A stretch of 64,000 nt of DNA from Methanobacteriota archaeon (GCA_002730095.1 PBZE01000050.1:6258-70257); one strand, 5' to 3'; numbered from the stretch's first letter, positions 9,054 to 18,618 are shown. The notes: generated by a model from the sequence alone, not told the origin. A program made the numbers and translations.

Positions 9054-9054
9054 G

Positions 9055-10623
9055 ATGGAAGAGTCAGAAGAAGTAAACAATGATTTGGAAGATCTAGCAG
9101 ACGATCTCTCGGGGATAGCGCCACCAGCGCCTTCTGTTCCAGTATCTAATATTCCCAATTCCGACAGTAGCTGGATGGACGATGACCTAAGGTCAAAAGA
9201 GTCAAGCCTTCTTAGGATAGACAGGCTTCTAGTTAGTGGTGGTGCTAGACTCGTATTATTCCTCCCTCTTCTGGCAGTTATGTTATTGGGGGCAGCACAG
9301 TCATATGGCGCCAATGACACTGAGTGGTGGAATGAGACATTGAGAGATGCCGCAGGCGGACTCTCTCTGGTCAAAACCACATATGTGGCTGCACTCCTAA
9401 TTTTGATTGCAGATGTATTCCTACTAACTATCCTTCTGAGAATGATGACATACACTAGGACAATCTTCCACCATGAGGCAGATGCTCTCACATCCTCGGG
9501 TCTGACTTTCAGAAGTACGCATGGTTATGCTGAAATGAGGGCGACAATCGATGGCTCAATCAGGCAAATTACAGCGACTTCATCATTGATTGTCATTTCA
9601 TCAATCCTACTAGCTCTCTCTATGGGGTTCCCCTCGGGAGACGAAGAGGTAAGCCCAGTATTACTCGCACTTTCAACCGGTTCTCTTCTTGCGGGCCATG
9701 GAGTTCAACTAATTTCTGTCCGGTCTAGATATAATGCTTCAGAGCCCTGGGGAATGCTCGAGGCATTTTCGCCACCAATCCACCCAGCACTTCTAAGTAG
9801 GCCATTTAATGATGTAATCAAAGCACATATTGATCCATTGTTGGGGATCAGGATTACTGAGTATCTGAAGACAGTTAGGTCAGAACTAATGGAGGGATGC
9901 ATAATGTCAGAATTACAAGAGTCACTATTGCTACTTCTTCACCTTCGGAGATCATCCTTGATTTCCGAGTCCGAGTTCAGAACTAAACTAGCTACAATGG
10001 TGGAGCCAACAGCTATTGATGGACTTTTCAGACATCCCGAGGTCGGCGAAGAGACATGGGACAGGCTCCTGCAACATGCTAGGAGCCAGTGCAAACCATT
10101 CTTCAGACTGCATGATAGAATGAGGATGAGGAGGGGAATAAGCAGTTCTGATGGAGGATTTTGGTTTGATGTGGATATGGAGAATCTCGTCGTCGGACAA
10201 GCCAATCTTTTCGCATTTATCCTGAATTCGGGCGATGAATCAAAAGACCTAGTACTCAAAGTTCAGACTCCCGATTTCAAGCCAAATGAATGTGTTTATC
10301 GTTTACGCTCTGAACCATTCAAAATGAACTCAGATCCTCTAAATCCGCCTCTTCTTTCGTCAATGATCCAAGAAATGACGAATAGTACTAGCATCGTTTG
10401 GCAGAGCCTCCTCCCGTCCATCAAGGGAGAGGCCACGGTAACCGTAAGGCTCGAGGACGATTCTGGAAATCTGATATCAGGACGGGTTCTGAATGTCCAA
10501 GTTGGAAGTGACCTAATAACGCGAACGAGAAGGTCCGTAGGCGCGATGTTCATGATTGGAGCATTAATCGCAATCATGTCTCCCTTACTTCCATTTGCAG
10601 GCTCTGTATTGGGACTACTCTGA
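9055..10623 (+). CDS. Hypothetical multi-pass membrane protein (522 aa)
   Basis: It has an acidic N-terminus, 4 predicted transmembrane helices, a soluble region of about 250 aa ending in an Ig/CARDB-like segment (GEATVTVRLEDDSGNLISGRVLNVQVG), and a C-terminal transmembrane helix. Its start is 1 nt after the DtxR stop. Confidence 0.6.
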   Translation: MEESEEVNNDLEDLADDLSGIAPPAPSVPVSNIPNSDSSWMDDDLRSKESSLLRIDRLLVSGGARLVLFLPLLAVMLLGAAQSYGANDTEWWNETLRDAAGGLSLVKTTYVAALLILIADVFLLTILLRMMTYTRTIFHHEADALTSSGLTFRSTHGYAEMRATIDGSIRQITATSSLIVISSILLALSMGFPSGDEEVSPVLLALSTGSLLAGHGVQLISVRSRYNASEPWGMLEAFSPPIHPALLSRPFNDVIKAHIDPLLGIRITEYLKTVRSELMEGCIMSELQESLLLLLHLRRSSLISESEFRTKLATMVEPTAIDGLFRHPEVGEETWDRLLQHARSQCKPFFRLHDRMRMRRGISSSDGGFWFDVDMENLVVGQANLFAFILNSGDESKDLVLKVQTPDFKPNECVYRLRSEPFKMNSDPLNPPLLSSMIQEMTNSTSIVWQSLLPSIKGEATVTVRLEDDSGNLISGRVLNVQVGSDLITRTRRSVGAMFMIGALIAIMSPLLPFAGSVLGLL

Positions 10624-10661
10624 TGAGTTCCATTCAATAACAGCTCCCTTCTCCCGAAACT

Positions 10662-11663
10662 GTGAATGATGACGAACCAAGTCCTGATGATGATCTGAAA
10701 ACCAGGCTTCATGCAATGGAAGCAAGACTCAGAAGAATGAGGGATCAGAGAACCTCGCATAACGAGGACGCTAGGAGGGCTGCAGATTCTAGGAATTCTG
10801 TTCAAGAACAATCGAAGGAAATTAGAGCTTCAATTCAGGAGAAAATGAATGAGCAGAAAGAGGTCCGAGCTAGGGCAAAGGCCCATCAGGTCCAGAGAGA
10901 TGCCATCCAGTCAAGGATTAGGGAGATAATCAATAGTAAGAAAGGCAGAAGAAATGAGGCTGGAAAGGCCAAATCCGATGTAATAGAACTCTCCGAAGCA
11001 ATAGCAGAGATATCCAGTATCGAGAACAAATTGATGACAGATGGCACATTAACACTCAAAACAGAGAATAGACTACTACGAAAGCTGAAGGTTCTTGCAT
11101 CTAGGAGAGACGAACTCCTCCCAAAGGCAGCAGAATTTGAAGCAATAAATATCGACTTGGGAGATTTAGAAAGTACAATTCAAACCCTCAAAGCGGAAGC
11201 TGACTCACAGCACCAGGAGATGATCCGGGCGCATGAACAAGCCGATTCAATATGGGAGGAGGTGAAGCCCATGTTGGAAGAAAGGGACTTCCTTAGGTCC
11301 GAAGGTGATAGATTGCACTTGATCTTTGTAGAGTCAAAAGAACTAGCCAATGCAGTACATGCTGAGATTGAAATTTTGCTGAAAGAGGTCAATGAGGCTA
11401 GAGACGAGATGAAGGCCAGGAGGGAGGAGAGGGCCCGAGTTATCAGGGAGCACAATGAGTCTGTTAGAAATGCACTGAAGACCCCAGATAAAGATGAGAC
11501 ACTCGCAGAGTCTCTGACCGATAGACTTCTGTCAGAGGGCTCGTTAACTCTTGGGGGGTCAATGTCAGGCGACCCACAAGCATCCCCAAACGCGATTTCG
11601 TCGCAGCCTAGTAAAAGAAAGAGATCTAGGAAAGTGGGATCATTTAGGAAGCCTAGGAGATAG
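10662..11663 (+). CDS. Archaeal coiled-coil protein, paralogue 4, with a Lys/Arg-rich tail
   Basis: It shares motifs with the 3690-6401 genes: IENKLMTDGTLTLKTENRLLRKL and LSEGSLTLGG. The tail is SKRKRSRKVGSFRKPRR. The start is either GTG at 10662 or ATG at 10716. Confidence 0.7.
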   Translation: MNDDEPSPDDDLKTRLHAMEARLRRMRDQRTSHNEDARRAADSRNSVQEQSKEIRASIQEKMNEQKEVRARAKAHQVQRDAIQSRIREIINSKKGRRNEAGKAKSDVIELSEAIAEISSIENKLMTDGTLTLKTENRLLRKLKVLASRRDELLPKAAEFEAINIDLGDLESTIQTLKAEADSQHQEMIRAHEQADSIWEEVKPMLEERDFLRSEGDRLHLIFVESKELANAVHAEIEILLKEVNEARDEMKARREERARVIREHNESVRNALKTPDKDETLAESLTDRLLSEGSLTLGGSMSGDPQASPNAISSQPSKRKRSRKVGSFRKPRR

Positions 11664-11664
11664 C

Positions 11665-12669
11665 TTACCAGCCTCTCTCTTCGAGCCTAACTTCCAAGCT
11701 CTCAATCTCAAGGCCCGGCATCGCCTCTCCTATCATCGAGCATGCTTCAGAAACCACTCCCGGATCATTATAGTGGTGTGTTGCAAGGACTATCGCTTCT
11801 GCAGTATTGGCTGGATCTGAACTCTTAAAAATTCCAGATCCAACGAATATTCCATCCATCCCGCTACTCATCATTAGAGCGGCATCAGCAGGTGTGGCGA
11901 TTCCGCCGGCGGAGAATGTGACAACGGGCAAGCGTCCGATTCTAGCAACATCTTCCAATACCGAACCAACCTCCGCTCTAACTTCCTCCATTGTTCCAAA
12001 TGGGGTCTCTCCATGTGGTAGTTTCTCCTGAGATAGTTCAAATGATGAAGACCTACCAATTCTCTGAAAACCTTCCATAATGATATCGACCATATTTTCT
12101 CTGCCATCTTTCCCGACCGCTTGGGCATGAGCAATCTCGGCAGTCACCAATCTTGCATGCTGGACTGCGCTGACTACGTTCCCGGTCCCCGCTTCGCCCT
12201 TTGTTCTAATCATTGCAGCACCCTCAGAAATTCTCCTGACGGCTTCACCAAGATTTGTGCACCCACACACGAAAGGAATGGTGAAATCCTTCTTGGGAAT
12301 GTGGAAGAATGGATCAGCAGGAGTCAAGACTTCAGACTCATCTATCATATCGACTCCCAAACTCTCCAGTACTCTGGCTTCTCCATCGTGTCCAATCCTC
12401 GCCTTCGCCATTACTGGAATACTCGTTGTCTCAATGATCTCTTGAATCATTTTCGGATGGCTCATTCTGGCAACGCCTCCCATTGCCCTAATGTCCGCCG
12501 GAACCCTCTCTAGTGCCATCACAGAAACCGCTCCAGCATCTTCAGCGATATGCGCCTCCTCGGGCGTCACCACGTCCATTACAACTCCTCCTTCCTGCAT
12601 TTTGGCAAAACCTCTCTTCAGAAGCTCGGTGCCATAACGCATCTCTGTCAAGTCAAGCGTGCCACTCAT
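11665..12669 (-). CDS. pdxS: Pyridoxal 5'-phosphate synthase, lyase subunit PdxS
   Basis: [45 protein letters not shown] and [10 protein letters not shown] are near-invariant PdxS/SNZ motifs. Confidence 0.95.
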   Translation of the reverse strand: MSGTLDLTEMRYGTELLKRGFAKMQEGGVVMDVVTPEEAHIAEDAGAVSVMALERVPADIRAMGGVARMSHPKMIQEIIETTSIPVMAKARIGHDGEARVLESLGVDMIDESEVLTPADPFFHIPKKDFTIPFVCGCTNLGEAVRRISEGAAMIRTKGEAGTGNVVSAVQHARLVTAEIAHAQAVGKDGRENMVDIIMEGFQRIGRSSSFELSQEKLPHGETPFGTMEEVRAEVGSVLEDVARIGRLPVVTFSAGGIATPADAALMMSSGMDGIFVGSGIFKSSDPANTAEAIVLATHHYNDPGVVSEACSMIGEAMPGLEIESLEVRLEERGW

Positions 12670-12722
12670 GGACTTCGCTACGGATATCTACTCATGAACC
12701 TATGTAAGAAGAATATTAACAA

Positions 12723-12995
12723 TCAGGCAAGAACCGGAGAGTCACCTTCAGCAACTGGTAAATCTGGTGCCTCCTCTTCATTCCTGTCTAGCCATGCTTC
12801 ATGCTCATCTGGCAAATCAGTATCTGCAAATATGGCCTCGACAGGACACTCAGCGACACAGGCAGCACAATCAATACACTCATCCGGATCTATGACTAAG
12901 TAAGTATCAGCTTCTCTGAATGCCTCGACCGGACAAACGGCTACACAGTCCTGATACTTGTGGTCAACACAAGCGTCTGTAACTACATGAGTCAT
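12723..12995 (-). CDS. fdx: Ferredoxin, 7Fe-type (3Fe-4S plus 4Fe-4S)
   Basis: The 90-aa protein reads MTHVVTDACVDHKYQDCVAVCPVEAF...DPDECIDCAACVAECPVEAI, the FdxA-like cysteine pattern. Confidence 0.85.
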   Translation of the reverse strand: MTHVVTDACVDHKYQDCVAVCPVEAFREADTYLVIDPDECIDCAACVAECPVEAIFADTDLPDEHEAWLDRNEEEAPDLPVAEGDSPVLA

Positions 12996-13048
12996 GTAAA
13001 TTCGGATATAATAGGGGCATATAATTGCTTGTTATTGAATAAAAATTT

Positions 13049-13067
13049 TTAGGTTAGCCTAAACCAA
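13049..13067. promoter_or_regulatory. DtxR/IdeR-type iron-box-like palindrome upstream of the ferredoxin gene
   Basis: TTAGGTTAGCCTAAACCAA compares with the remembered DtxR consensus TWAGGTTAGSCTAACCTWA. The first 14 positions are identical. It lies 54-72 nt upstream of the fdx ATG and abuts an A/T-rich TATA-like tract. Confidence 0.5.
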
Positions 13068-13101
13068 TTGAACCCTCGGCCTTAATCATATTTATCAAGA
13101 A

Positions 13102-13599
13102 TTAAGTCATGCTTCTAACTAAATCCGTAATAATCTCAAGATGATTATCTCCAGGATAGGACTCTATCTTGAAAGTGCCCTTAACTGATGCCTCATTAGC
13201 TCCCAATTTGGACAACTTTACTTCTCCTCTGACAAGTCCCGAAAGAGATATTCTGACATGAAGATTTTTTTCATCATCTATTCTCATATCCAATCCGTCT
13301 TTTAATAGATCCCTATGTACTTCCTCTCCAAGCCTCTTCAGGCAATTCATTGCCATCTTCTTACGATTCAATCTAACTGAACCAATGTTCATTACAGGGC
13401 CATGGAAAGACCTATCTTTCGACCATACCACACAATCTTTTGTATCACAGAGCCAATCTAGTGAATCTCCAATCAACTTCAGATCGTCCAAGGCCGTTGC
13501 GTGTACTCGCCACTCGGCCCTAAGTACTCCCATGATTCTGGGAGGGGGAGGCAATTCATAGTCACTTACCAAGGCCAGCATAGTTAGGGCCTGTTTCAA
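13102..13599 (-). CDS. Hypothetical protein (165 aa)
   Basis: This compact ORF has plausible codon usage and no confident family. I have only a vague memory of the small archaeal RNA-binding DUF54/COG1325 proteins, and cannot verify a match. Confidence 0.5.
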   Translation of the reverse strand: MKQALTMLALVSDYELPPPPRIMGVLRAEWRVHATALDDLKLIGDSLDWLCDTKDCVVWSKDRSFHGPVMNIGSVRLNRKKMAMNCLKRLGEEVHRDLLKDGLDMRIDDEKNLHVRISLSGLVRGEVKLSKLGANEASVKGTFKIESYPGDNHLEIITDLVRSMT

Positions 13600-13659
13600 A
13601 TACTATGTGTAGGTCGCAGGGCTGCAAACGGGGAAGCCCCCGATGATGAGGTCGTTGTA

Positions 13660-14523
13660 ATGGCAAAGGGAGCAAAGGCAAGAGCAGCGGCACGCAGGCA
13701 GAGGGACAAGTGGAAGTCCAAGAGATGGTATTCTATTAGGGCCCCCAGAAATCCATGGTCATTCAGAATCATTGGAGAGACTCTTGCAGAAGAGCCAGAA
13801 ATGCTCATTGGGAGGAACTATGAGATTATGCAGAATGAGCTTGATGGTGACTTTTCAAAGATGCATGTTAAGATTAGATTCAGAGTCACAGAAGTTCTCG
13901 GCAATGATGCCATAACAGAATTCATCGGACATCAAATGATGCAGGACCATGTAAGAAGGCAGGTAAGAAGGGATAGGGGAAAAATCGACGATACCGTTGA
14001 TGTAGTCACAGAAGACGGATTCTATGTCAGATTCAAACCACTAATACTCACTAGAGAAAGGGTCAAGTCAAGTCAGAAAAATGAGATCAGGGCCATTGCC
14101 AGGGATTCTATCTTGAAGGCAGGAGCATCTTCGACATGGGTCGCAATACAGAAATCAGTAATGGACGGGGAGCTTGAGGCCATGATTAAGGAAGAGGCAT
14201 CAAAAATCAGCCCAATTAGGATGGTAATGATCAGAAGAACACAACTTATCCAATCGGGAGTCACGATAAACGATGGCCCTACTCTCGAGCAAATTAAGGC
14301 ACAGGAAGAGGCAGATAAGGAATCCAAAGAAGAACTAGAAGACTCTGATGTTGACGAGGATATGGATGATGTCGAAGGGCCAGAGGAAATCTTGGATGAA
14401 GAAGACGGAGATTCTGCCGACTATGAAAATATGACAGTACCTGAGCTGAAAGCGATCCTCAAAGAAGCAGGAAAGCCGGTCTCTGGTAAGAAAGCGGATT
14501 TAATCTCCAGAATTTTGGAGTGA
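13660..14523 (+). CDS. rps3ae: 30S ribosomal protein S3Ae (eS1) with an acidic linker and a C-terminal SAP-like motif
   Basis: DKWKSKRWYSIRAPRNPW...IGETLA...GRNYEI and the T-DG-Y-VRFKP core are typical of S3Ae. The extra 80 aa or so end in MTVPELKAILKEAGKPVSGKKADLISRILE. Confidence 0.9.
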   Translation: MAKGAKARAAARRQRDKWKSKRWYSIRAPRNPWSFRIIGETLAEEPEMLIGRNYEIMQNELDGDFSKMHVKIRFRVTEVLGNDAITEFIGHQMMQDHVRRQVRRDRGKIDDTVDVVTEDGFYVRFKPLILTRERVKSSQKNEIRAIARDSILKAGASSTWVAIQKSVMDGELEAMIKEEASKISPIRMVMIRRTQLIQSGVTINDGPTLEQIKAQEEADKESKEELEDSDVDEDMDDVEGPEEILDEEDGDSADYENMTVPELKAILKEAGKPVSGKKADLISRILE

Positions 14524-14527
14524 TCTG

Positions 14528-15301
14528 ATGTCCCGCATTGCGGTGATTTGCGGCACTGGTATGAGTGACTTATCACTGGAATTTGATACAATAGAACCGA
14601 ACTCATCCGTCAGGATAGAAACTAACTGGGGCGAAGTCCCTGTCACTCTTTCTAAACTCAGTGAAGGTTCTGTAGCCATACTGGATAGGCATCATTCATC
14701 GGGAAGAAATAGGACTCCCCCGCATATGATTGAGCACAGGGCAAATGTAATGGCCATAGAGAGCCTAAAACCAGATATCATCGTTAGCATAAATTCTGTT
14801 GGATCCATGAGGAAAGACATGCCCCCTGGAATAATTGGAGTAACTTCAGATGTTTTGGATTTAGCAGTTAAGCCGTGGACTTTCTACGATGAGAATGCAG
14901 TTCACTATGACAGAACATCGATTTTTGATGATCAATGTTCTGGTATTTGCACAAGGTCATTGTCTTCATCTCAGGGTTTTTCTCCTGCAGGAGTAATAGT
15001 TGCACAATGCGTAGGGCCACAGTTCGAATCTCCTTCTGAGATTATTGCTCTAGAAAAACTCGGAGCAGATACAGTTGGCATGACACTCGGCCCGGAGAGT
15101 AGACTAATCTCTGAAATCGGAACTCCTTATGTTGCTCTGGCATGTTCCTCTAACTGGGCAGCTGGAAAGGACCCCAGGGATCCCAAAGCAAACATTGACC
15201 ACCACTCAGTAGATAAATTAGCTTCGACAATGAGGTCACGAATATCAGAATGTATTACTTCTCTACTCACTGAATATCGCATCCATCAATCTCAAAGTTG
15301 A
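14528..15301 (+). CDS. Purine nucleoside / 5'-methylthioadenosine phosphorylase family protein
   Basis: IAVICGTGMSD, ...DRHHSSG...PPHMIEHRANVMAI and GADTVGMTLGPE fit the PNP/MTAP (PNP_UDP_1) family pattern. Confidence 0.7.
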   Translation: MSRIAVICGTGMSDLSLEFDTIEPNSSVRIETNWGEVPVTLSKLSEGSVAILDRHHSSGRNRTPPHMIEHRANVMAIESLKPDIIVSINSVGSMRKDMPPGIIGVTSDVLDLAVKPWTFYDENAVHYDRTSIFDDQCSGICTRSLSSSQGFSPAGVIVAQCVGPQFESPSEIIALEKLGADTVGMTLGPESRLISEIGTPYVALACSSNWAAGKDPRDPKANIDHHSVDKLASTMRSRISECITSLLTEYRIHQSQS

Positions 15302-15326
15302 TTTCTATCCCGTTACTAGGGCCACC

Positions 15327-15719
15327 ATGGGCAGAAAGACTTGTGTTGAAGATTGGGTATCCGAAGACGTTTCTTTGATACCGGACGGATCATGGGAGAC
15401 GATGATGATAAGGGTGGCTAACTTCCATGACAAACACTCATTCAGCAACTCTGAAAATAACGGTCACGATATGGGGTATAGGATAGCACTAACTGTGGAG
15501 GAACTAGGGGAGCTATCCGCGGCTATTACCAAGGGAAAGCCCAAATCAGAGGCTGCAGAGGAGCTTGCGGATTTACTAATTCTCATTCTTGGACATTCTT
15601 TGGCTATGCAGGTCGATCTGGAATCACAGTTTCATAACAAAATGGACAAGATCATGAAGAGAGAGTCAAGAAGGGGCGGACTGGGAATAAGAGTTACTGA
15701 GTACAAGGATCAGGGCTAA
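15327..15719 (+). CDS. MazG-like nucleotide pyrophosphohydrolase
   Basis: EELGELSAAITKG...AEELADLLILILGHSLAMQVDL is the EExxE...ExxD helical MazG signature. Confidence 0.6.
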   Translation: MGRKTCVEDWVSEDVSLIPDGSWETMMIRVANFHDKHSFSNSENNGHDMGYRIALTVEELGELSAAITKGKPKSEAAEELADLLILILGHSLAMQVDLESQFHNKMDKIMKRESRRGGLGIRVTEYKDQG

Positions 15720-16783
15720 CCATCGACAAGCTTCTCTAGCTGAGGAGTACTTAGCTGAATGCCATATTCATCTTGCAAGTCATATGCAGCCATATTGATG
15801 GAATTTCTAACCAATAGCAGTTGGTAAGGCCTCTCCAAGACGTAAGTAAGTCTCCAAATAACGGCATTATTCGAGTTTTCCCTGATGGTAATTTTTGGCT
15901 CCCTCAGTGCGTCAAGTGAAGAGCTGGAATTTGAAACCGCATTATATACAGCGTTTAGATAATCCTTGACATCACTACTGGGAATCCCATATCCAATGTG
16001 AAACTCAACAAAATCCTTGAAGGGGCCCCCTTTAGATTTCCTCAGGTAATCAGTCCTATATTGTAGAAGGTTGTAATTCGGAATCTCTATGTCATGTCCC
16101 TGAGCTAGATCCCTTATCCTAGTCTGTAGGCCCCTAATTTCTAAGATAATCCCAAGAATACCAGCTTCGGGTATCGAGATAACATCACCCCTCTTTGCAC
16201 TATTTCCCCCGATGACCAGTATCCCACTCAAAAAGTCCCTCAACCAGTAGTCCTTGGTAGTGAAAACTATCAATGCAAGGAAGCCGATAACTCCGGTAGT
16301 CTCCAGCAGCCCAGTAATTTCCCAGACGTTGATTAGCCCGATAATAACAGTCATTACTATGACAGAAAATGCAACCAATTCCAGAGTTCTAGACGTAGGG
16401 GTCTCTACTTTTCTGGAAACTCCCATGACCTCTATGTCTTCTCCATATTTTGAGAGAAGTAAAGCCTCTATTGCATTGAAAATTAGGTATGATGCTAGAA
16501 GTGTAAGAGAGGTCCTGCTGACTTCATCGGCAGGAAACCCTTCGTCTACAAGAACTATGGAAGCGATGAAAGAAATAAAAACCAAAAGATTGAATCCATG
16601 CAGTAATCTAGTCCTTGACTTGATAGTGTCTTCGTCAATGTCTCTGTGATGTGACACAATGCTATTGGAGAAAAAATACACAAATATGTTGAATGCGAAT
16701 GTAAAATATTCAATTCCAGTTAGGTCTGCCAACCTCTCTGTTAGGATCACATACAAGTCACTCATATACAAGCCATCGGACAT
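15716..16783 (-). CDS. Small-conductance mechanosensitive channel (MscS family)
   Basis: N-terminal transmembrane helices are followed by KRGDVISIPEAGILGIILEIRGLQTRIRDLAQGHDIEIPNYNLL, the MscS beta-domain signature. Confidence 0.75.
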   Translation of the reverse strand: MSDGLYMSDLYVILTERLADLTGIEYFTFAFNIFVYFFSNSIVSHHRDIDEDTIKSRTRLLHGFNLLVFISFIASIVLVDEGFPADEVSRTSLTLLASYLIFNAIEALLLSKYGEDIEVMGVSRKVETPTSRTLELVAFSVIVMTVIIGLINVWEITGLLETTGVIGFLALIVFTTKDYWLRDFLSGILVIGGNSAKRGDVISIPEAGILGIILEIRGLQTRIRDLAQGHDIEIPNYNLLQYRTDYLRKSKGGPFKDFVEFHIGYGIPSSDVKDYLNAVYNAVSNSSSSLDALREPKITIRENSNNAVIWRLTYVLERPYQLLLVRNSINMAAYDLQDEYGIQLSTPQLEKLVDG

Positions 16784-16802
16784 TAATGAATTAAGATATT
16801 GC

Positions 16803-17264
16803 CTATTTTCGTAAACTCAAGCCGTCCTTCAAGGAATCAACAGAAACTCCAGAAATCCATAAACTAATAGCAATCCCACCAATTTGTAACAACAACCGGA
16901 CAATATTACCGGTCTCAGATAGTGATTCTCCCCCTCCCAGCTCGACGTCATAAATCCACATGTATAGATTGGCGGGATAGAGGGCTACCAGTAGTATTGC
17001 ACTCGAGATACCAGCTCTTTGACTGTAGTAGGTACCGCGATCAAATATAATCTCAAAGCCGGAAACAATAAGCCCCAATCCTACTAATATCTCTGCCAGT
17101 CCGCTAATTATCACCCAAAATCTCGGACTCCCAAATATTGGTGGAACAATGGGTTCAAACCATTCGGTGTCAGTAAAGTGACGCACGCCCACATAAAAAA
17201 AGAAACAACCCCCAATTATTGCCGAAATCCCCTTCATGATATTAACAACAATGTAAGAATCCAT
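16803..17264 (-). CDS. DoxX-like small membrane protein
   Basis: The 153-aa protein has 4 predicted transmembrane helices. The pattern HFTDTEWFEPIVPP...SGLAEILVGLGLI...VALYPANLYM is DoxX/COG4270-like. Confidence 0.5.
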   Translation of the reverse strand: MDSYIVVNIMKGISAIIGGCFFFYVGVRHFTDTEWFEPIVPPIFGSPRFWVIISGLAEILVGLGLIVSGFEIIFDRGTYYSQRAGISSAILLVALYPANLYMWIYDVELGGGESLSETGNIVRLLLQIGGIAISLWISGVSVDSLKDGLSLRK

Positions 17265-17774
17265 TTACTTCCGCTTCCATATTGAATATGTCGTCCTGAA
17301 CTCGTTCTTATCATCAATCTCAGTCTCTTCTACCTTCGCCTCGGACCAATTTTCTCTATCCCAATCAGGGAAAATTACGCTTCCGCTATTTGAGGTATGT
17401 ACGGTAGTAACATGAATTTCGCTTACATGTTCTAGAAACATTCCGTAGATTTGGCCTCCGCCAATTATCCAACATTCTTCGCATCCGTCCGCATATGCAA
17501 TCTCTATTGCTCTTCCTGGGTATAATGCACTTTCAGCTTCTTCATGTTCCCAACTGGTGTCCCTTGACATGACAATATTGAGCCTTTCAGGTAGTGGCCT
17601 GAATGAATCAGGCAAAGAATCCCATGTCTTCCTGCCCATGATTACCGCGTTGAATCCGTCACCTTCGGTAAGCTTCTTGAATCTAGAAAGATCATGGGAA
17701 AGCCTCCAAGGAAGATCACCCCCATTTCCAATAATGCCACTTTCATCCATAGCTACAATCATAGAAATTTTCAT
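17265..17774 (-). CDS. folA: Dihydrofolate reductase
   Basis: ISMIVAMDESGIIGNGGDLPWRLSHDLSRFKKLT...VIMGRKTWDSLP..RPLPERLNIVMSR matches the DHFR core. Confidence 0.9.
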   Translation of the reverse strand: MKISMIVAMDESGIIGNGGDLPWRLSHDLSRFKKLTEGDGFNAVIMGRKTWDSLPDSFRPLPERLNIVMSRDTSWEHEEAESALYPGRAIEIAYADGCEECWIIGGGQIYGMFLEHVSEIHVTTVHTSNSGSVIFPDWDRENWSEAKVEETEIDDKNEFRTTYSIWKRK

Positions 17775-17783
17775 CTTTATACC

Positions 17784-18578
17784 TCAGACAGAAATTGGAG
17801 CCGGTATATGCGGATGATGTTGATAATTTTCAATCTCTATGCAAGAATAATCAAAATCATCAATTGATAGGATATCATCTCTAAGTTTCAGGGTGGGTAG
17901 GGGCAAAGGATCTCTACTGACCTGCTCCTTAGCTTGCTCTATATGGTTGTTGTAAAGGTGGCAATCTCCCCCGGTCCAAATGAACTCTCCAGGCTCCAAA
18001 CCACAAACTTGGGCCATCATATAAGTTAGAAGGCTGTAAGATGAGATATTGAAAGGCACGCCCAAGAAGGCATCCGCACTCCTCTGATATAGTTGACAGG
18101 ATAACCTCCCGTCATTGACATAGAATTGGAAGAAAGCATGACACGGCATTAGAGCCATCTTTTCTAGCTCTCCAACATTCCAAGCTGAAACAATAATCCT
18201 TCTGCTATTGGGATTTTTCTTAATCATCTCTACGGCATTATTAATCTGATCAACTACGTCTCCATCGGTTGTCTCCCACTTCCTCCATTGTTTCCCGTAA
18301 ACCGGGCCAAGATCCCCATTTTCATCGGCCCATTCATTCCATATCCTAACACCATTATTTTGTAAGTATCCGACATTGGTTTCACCCGAAAGGAACCATA
18401 GTAACTCATGCACCACGCTCGGCCAATGAATCTTCTTTGTTGTCACTGCAGGAAGGCCTTTAGATAAGTCAAACCTCATCTGATGACCAAAAATCGAAAT
18501 TGTCCCCGTACCGGTACGATCTCCCTTCGGAGCCCCTTCGTCTAGGATGCGGCTCAGGAAGTCCAAGTACTGCTGCAT
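17784..18578 (-). CDS. thyA: Thymidylate synthase (ThyA type)
   Basis: [49 protein letters not shown] and [12 protein letters not shown] are ThyA signatures. I take the start at the internal ATG 18578. The longer ORF would overlap plsC. Confidence 0.92.
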   Translation of the reverse strand: MQQYLDFLSRILDEGAPKGDRTGTGTISIFGHQMRFDLSKGLPAVTTKKIHWPSVVHELLWFLSGETNVGYLQNNGVRIWNEWADENGDLGPVYGKQWRKWETTDGDVVDQINNAVEMIKKNPNSRRIIVSAWNVGELEKMALMPCHAFFQFYVNDGRLSCQLYQRSADAFLGVPFNISSYSLLTYMMAQVCGLEPGEFIWTGGDCHLYNNHIEQAKEQVSRDPLPLPTLKLRDDILSIDDFDYSCIEIENYQHHPHIPAPISV

Positions 18579-18618
18579 GAGCCCACGTATGGATGACAGT
18601 CCTTCAAGGATGCGGAGA

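Noticed and set aside
13102-13599. 2H-phosphoesterase / LigT idea for the 165-aa protein
   Set aside because: There is one H-x-T motif (HATA). The second candidate is HVRI, which lacks the required Thr/Ser, and the spacing is not convincing.
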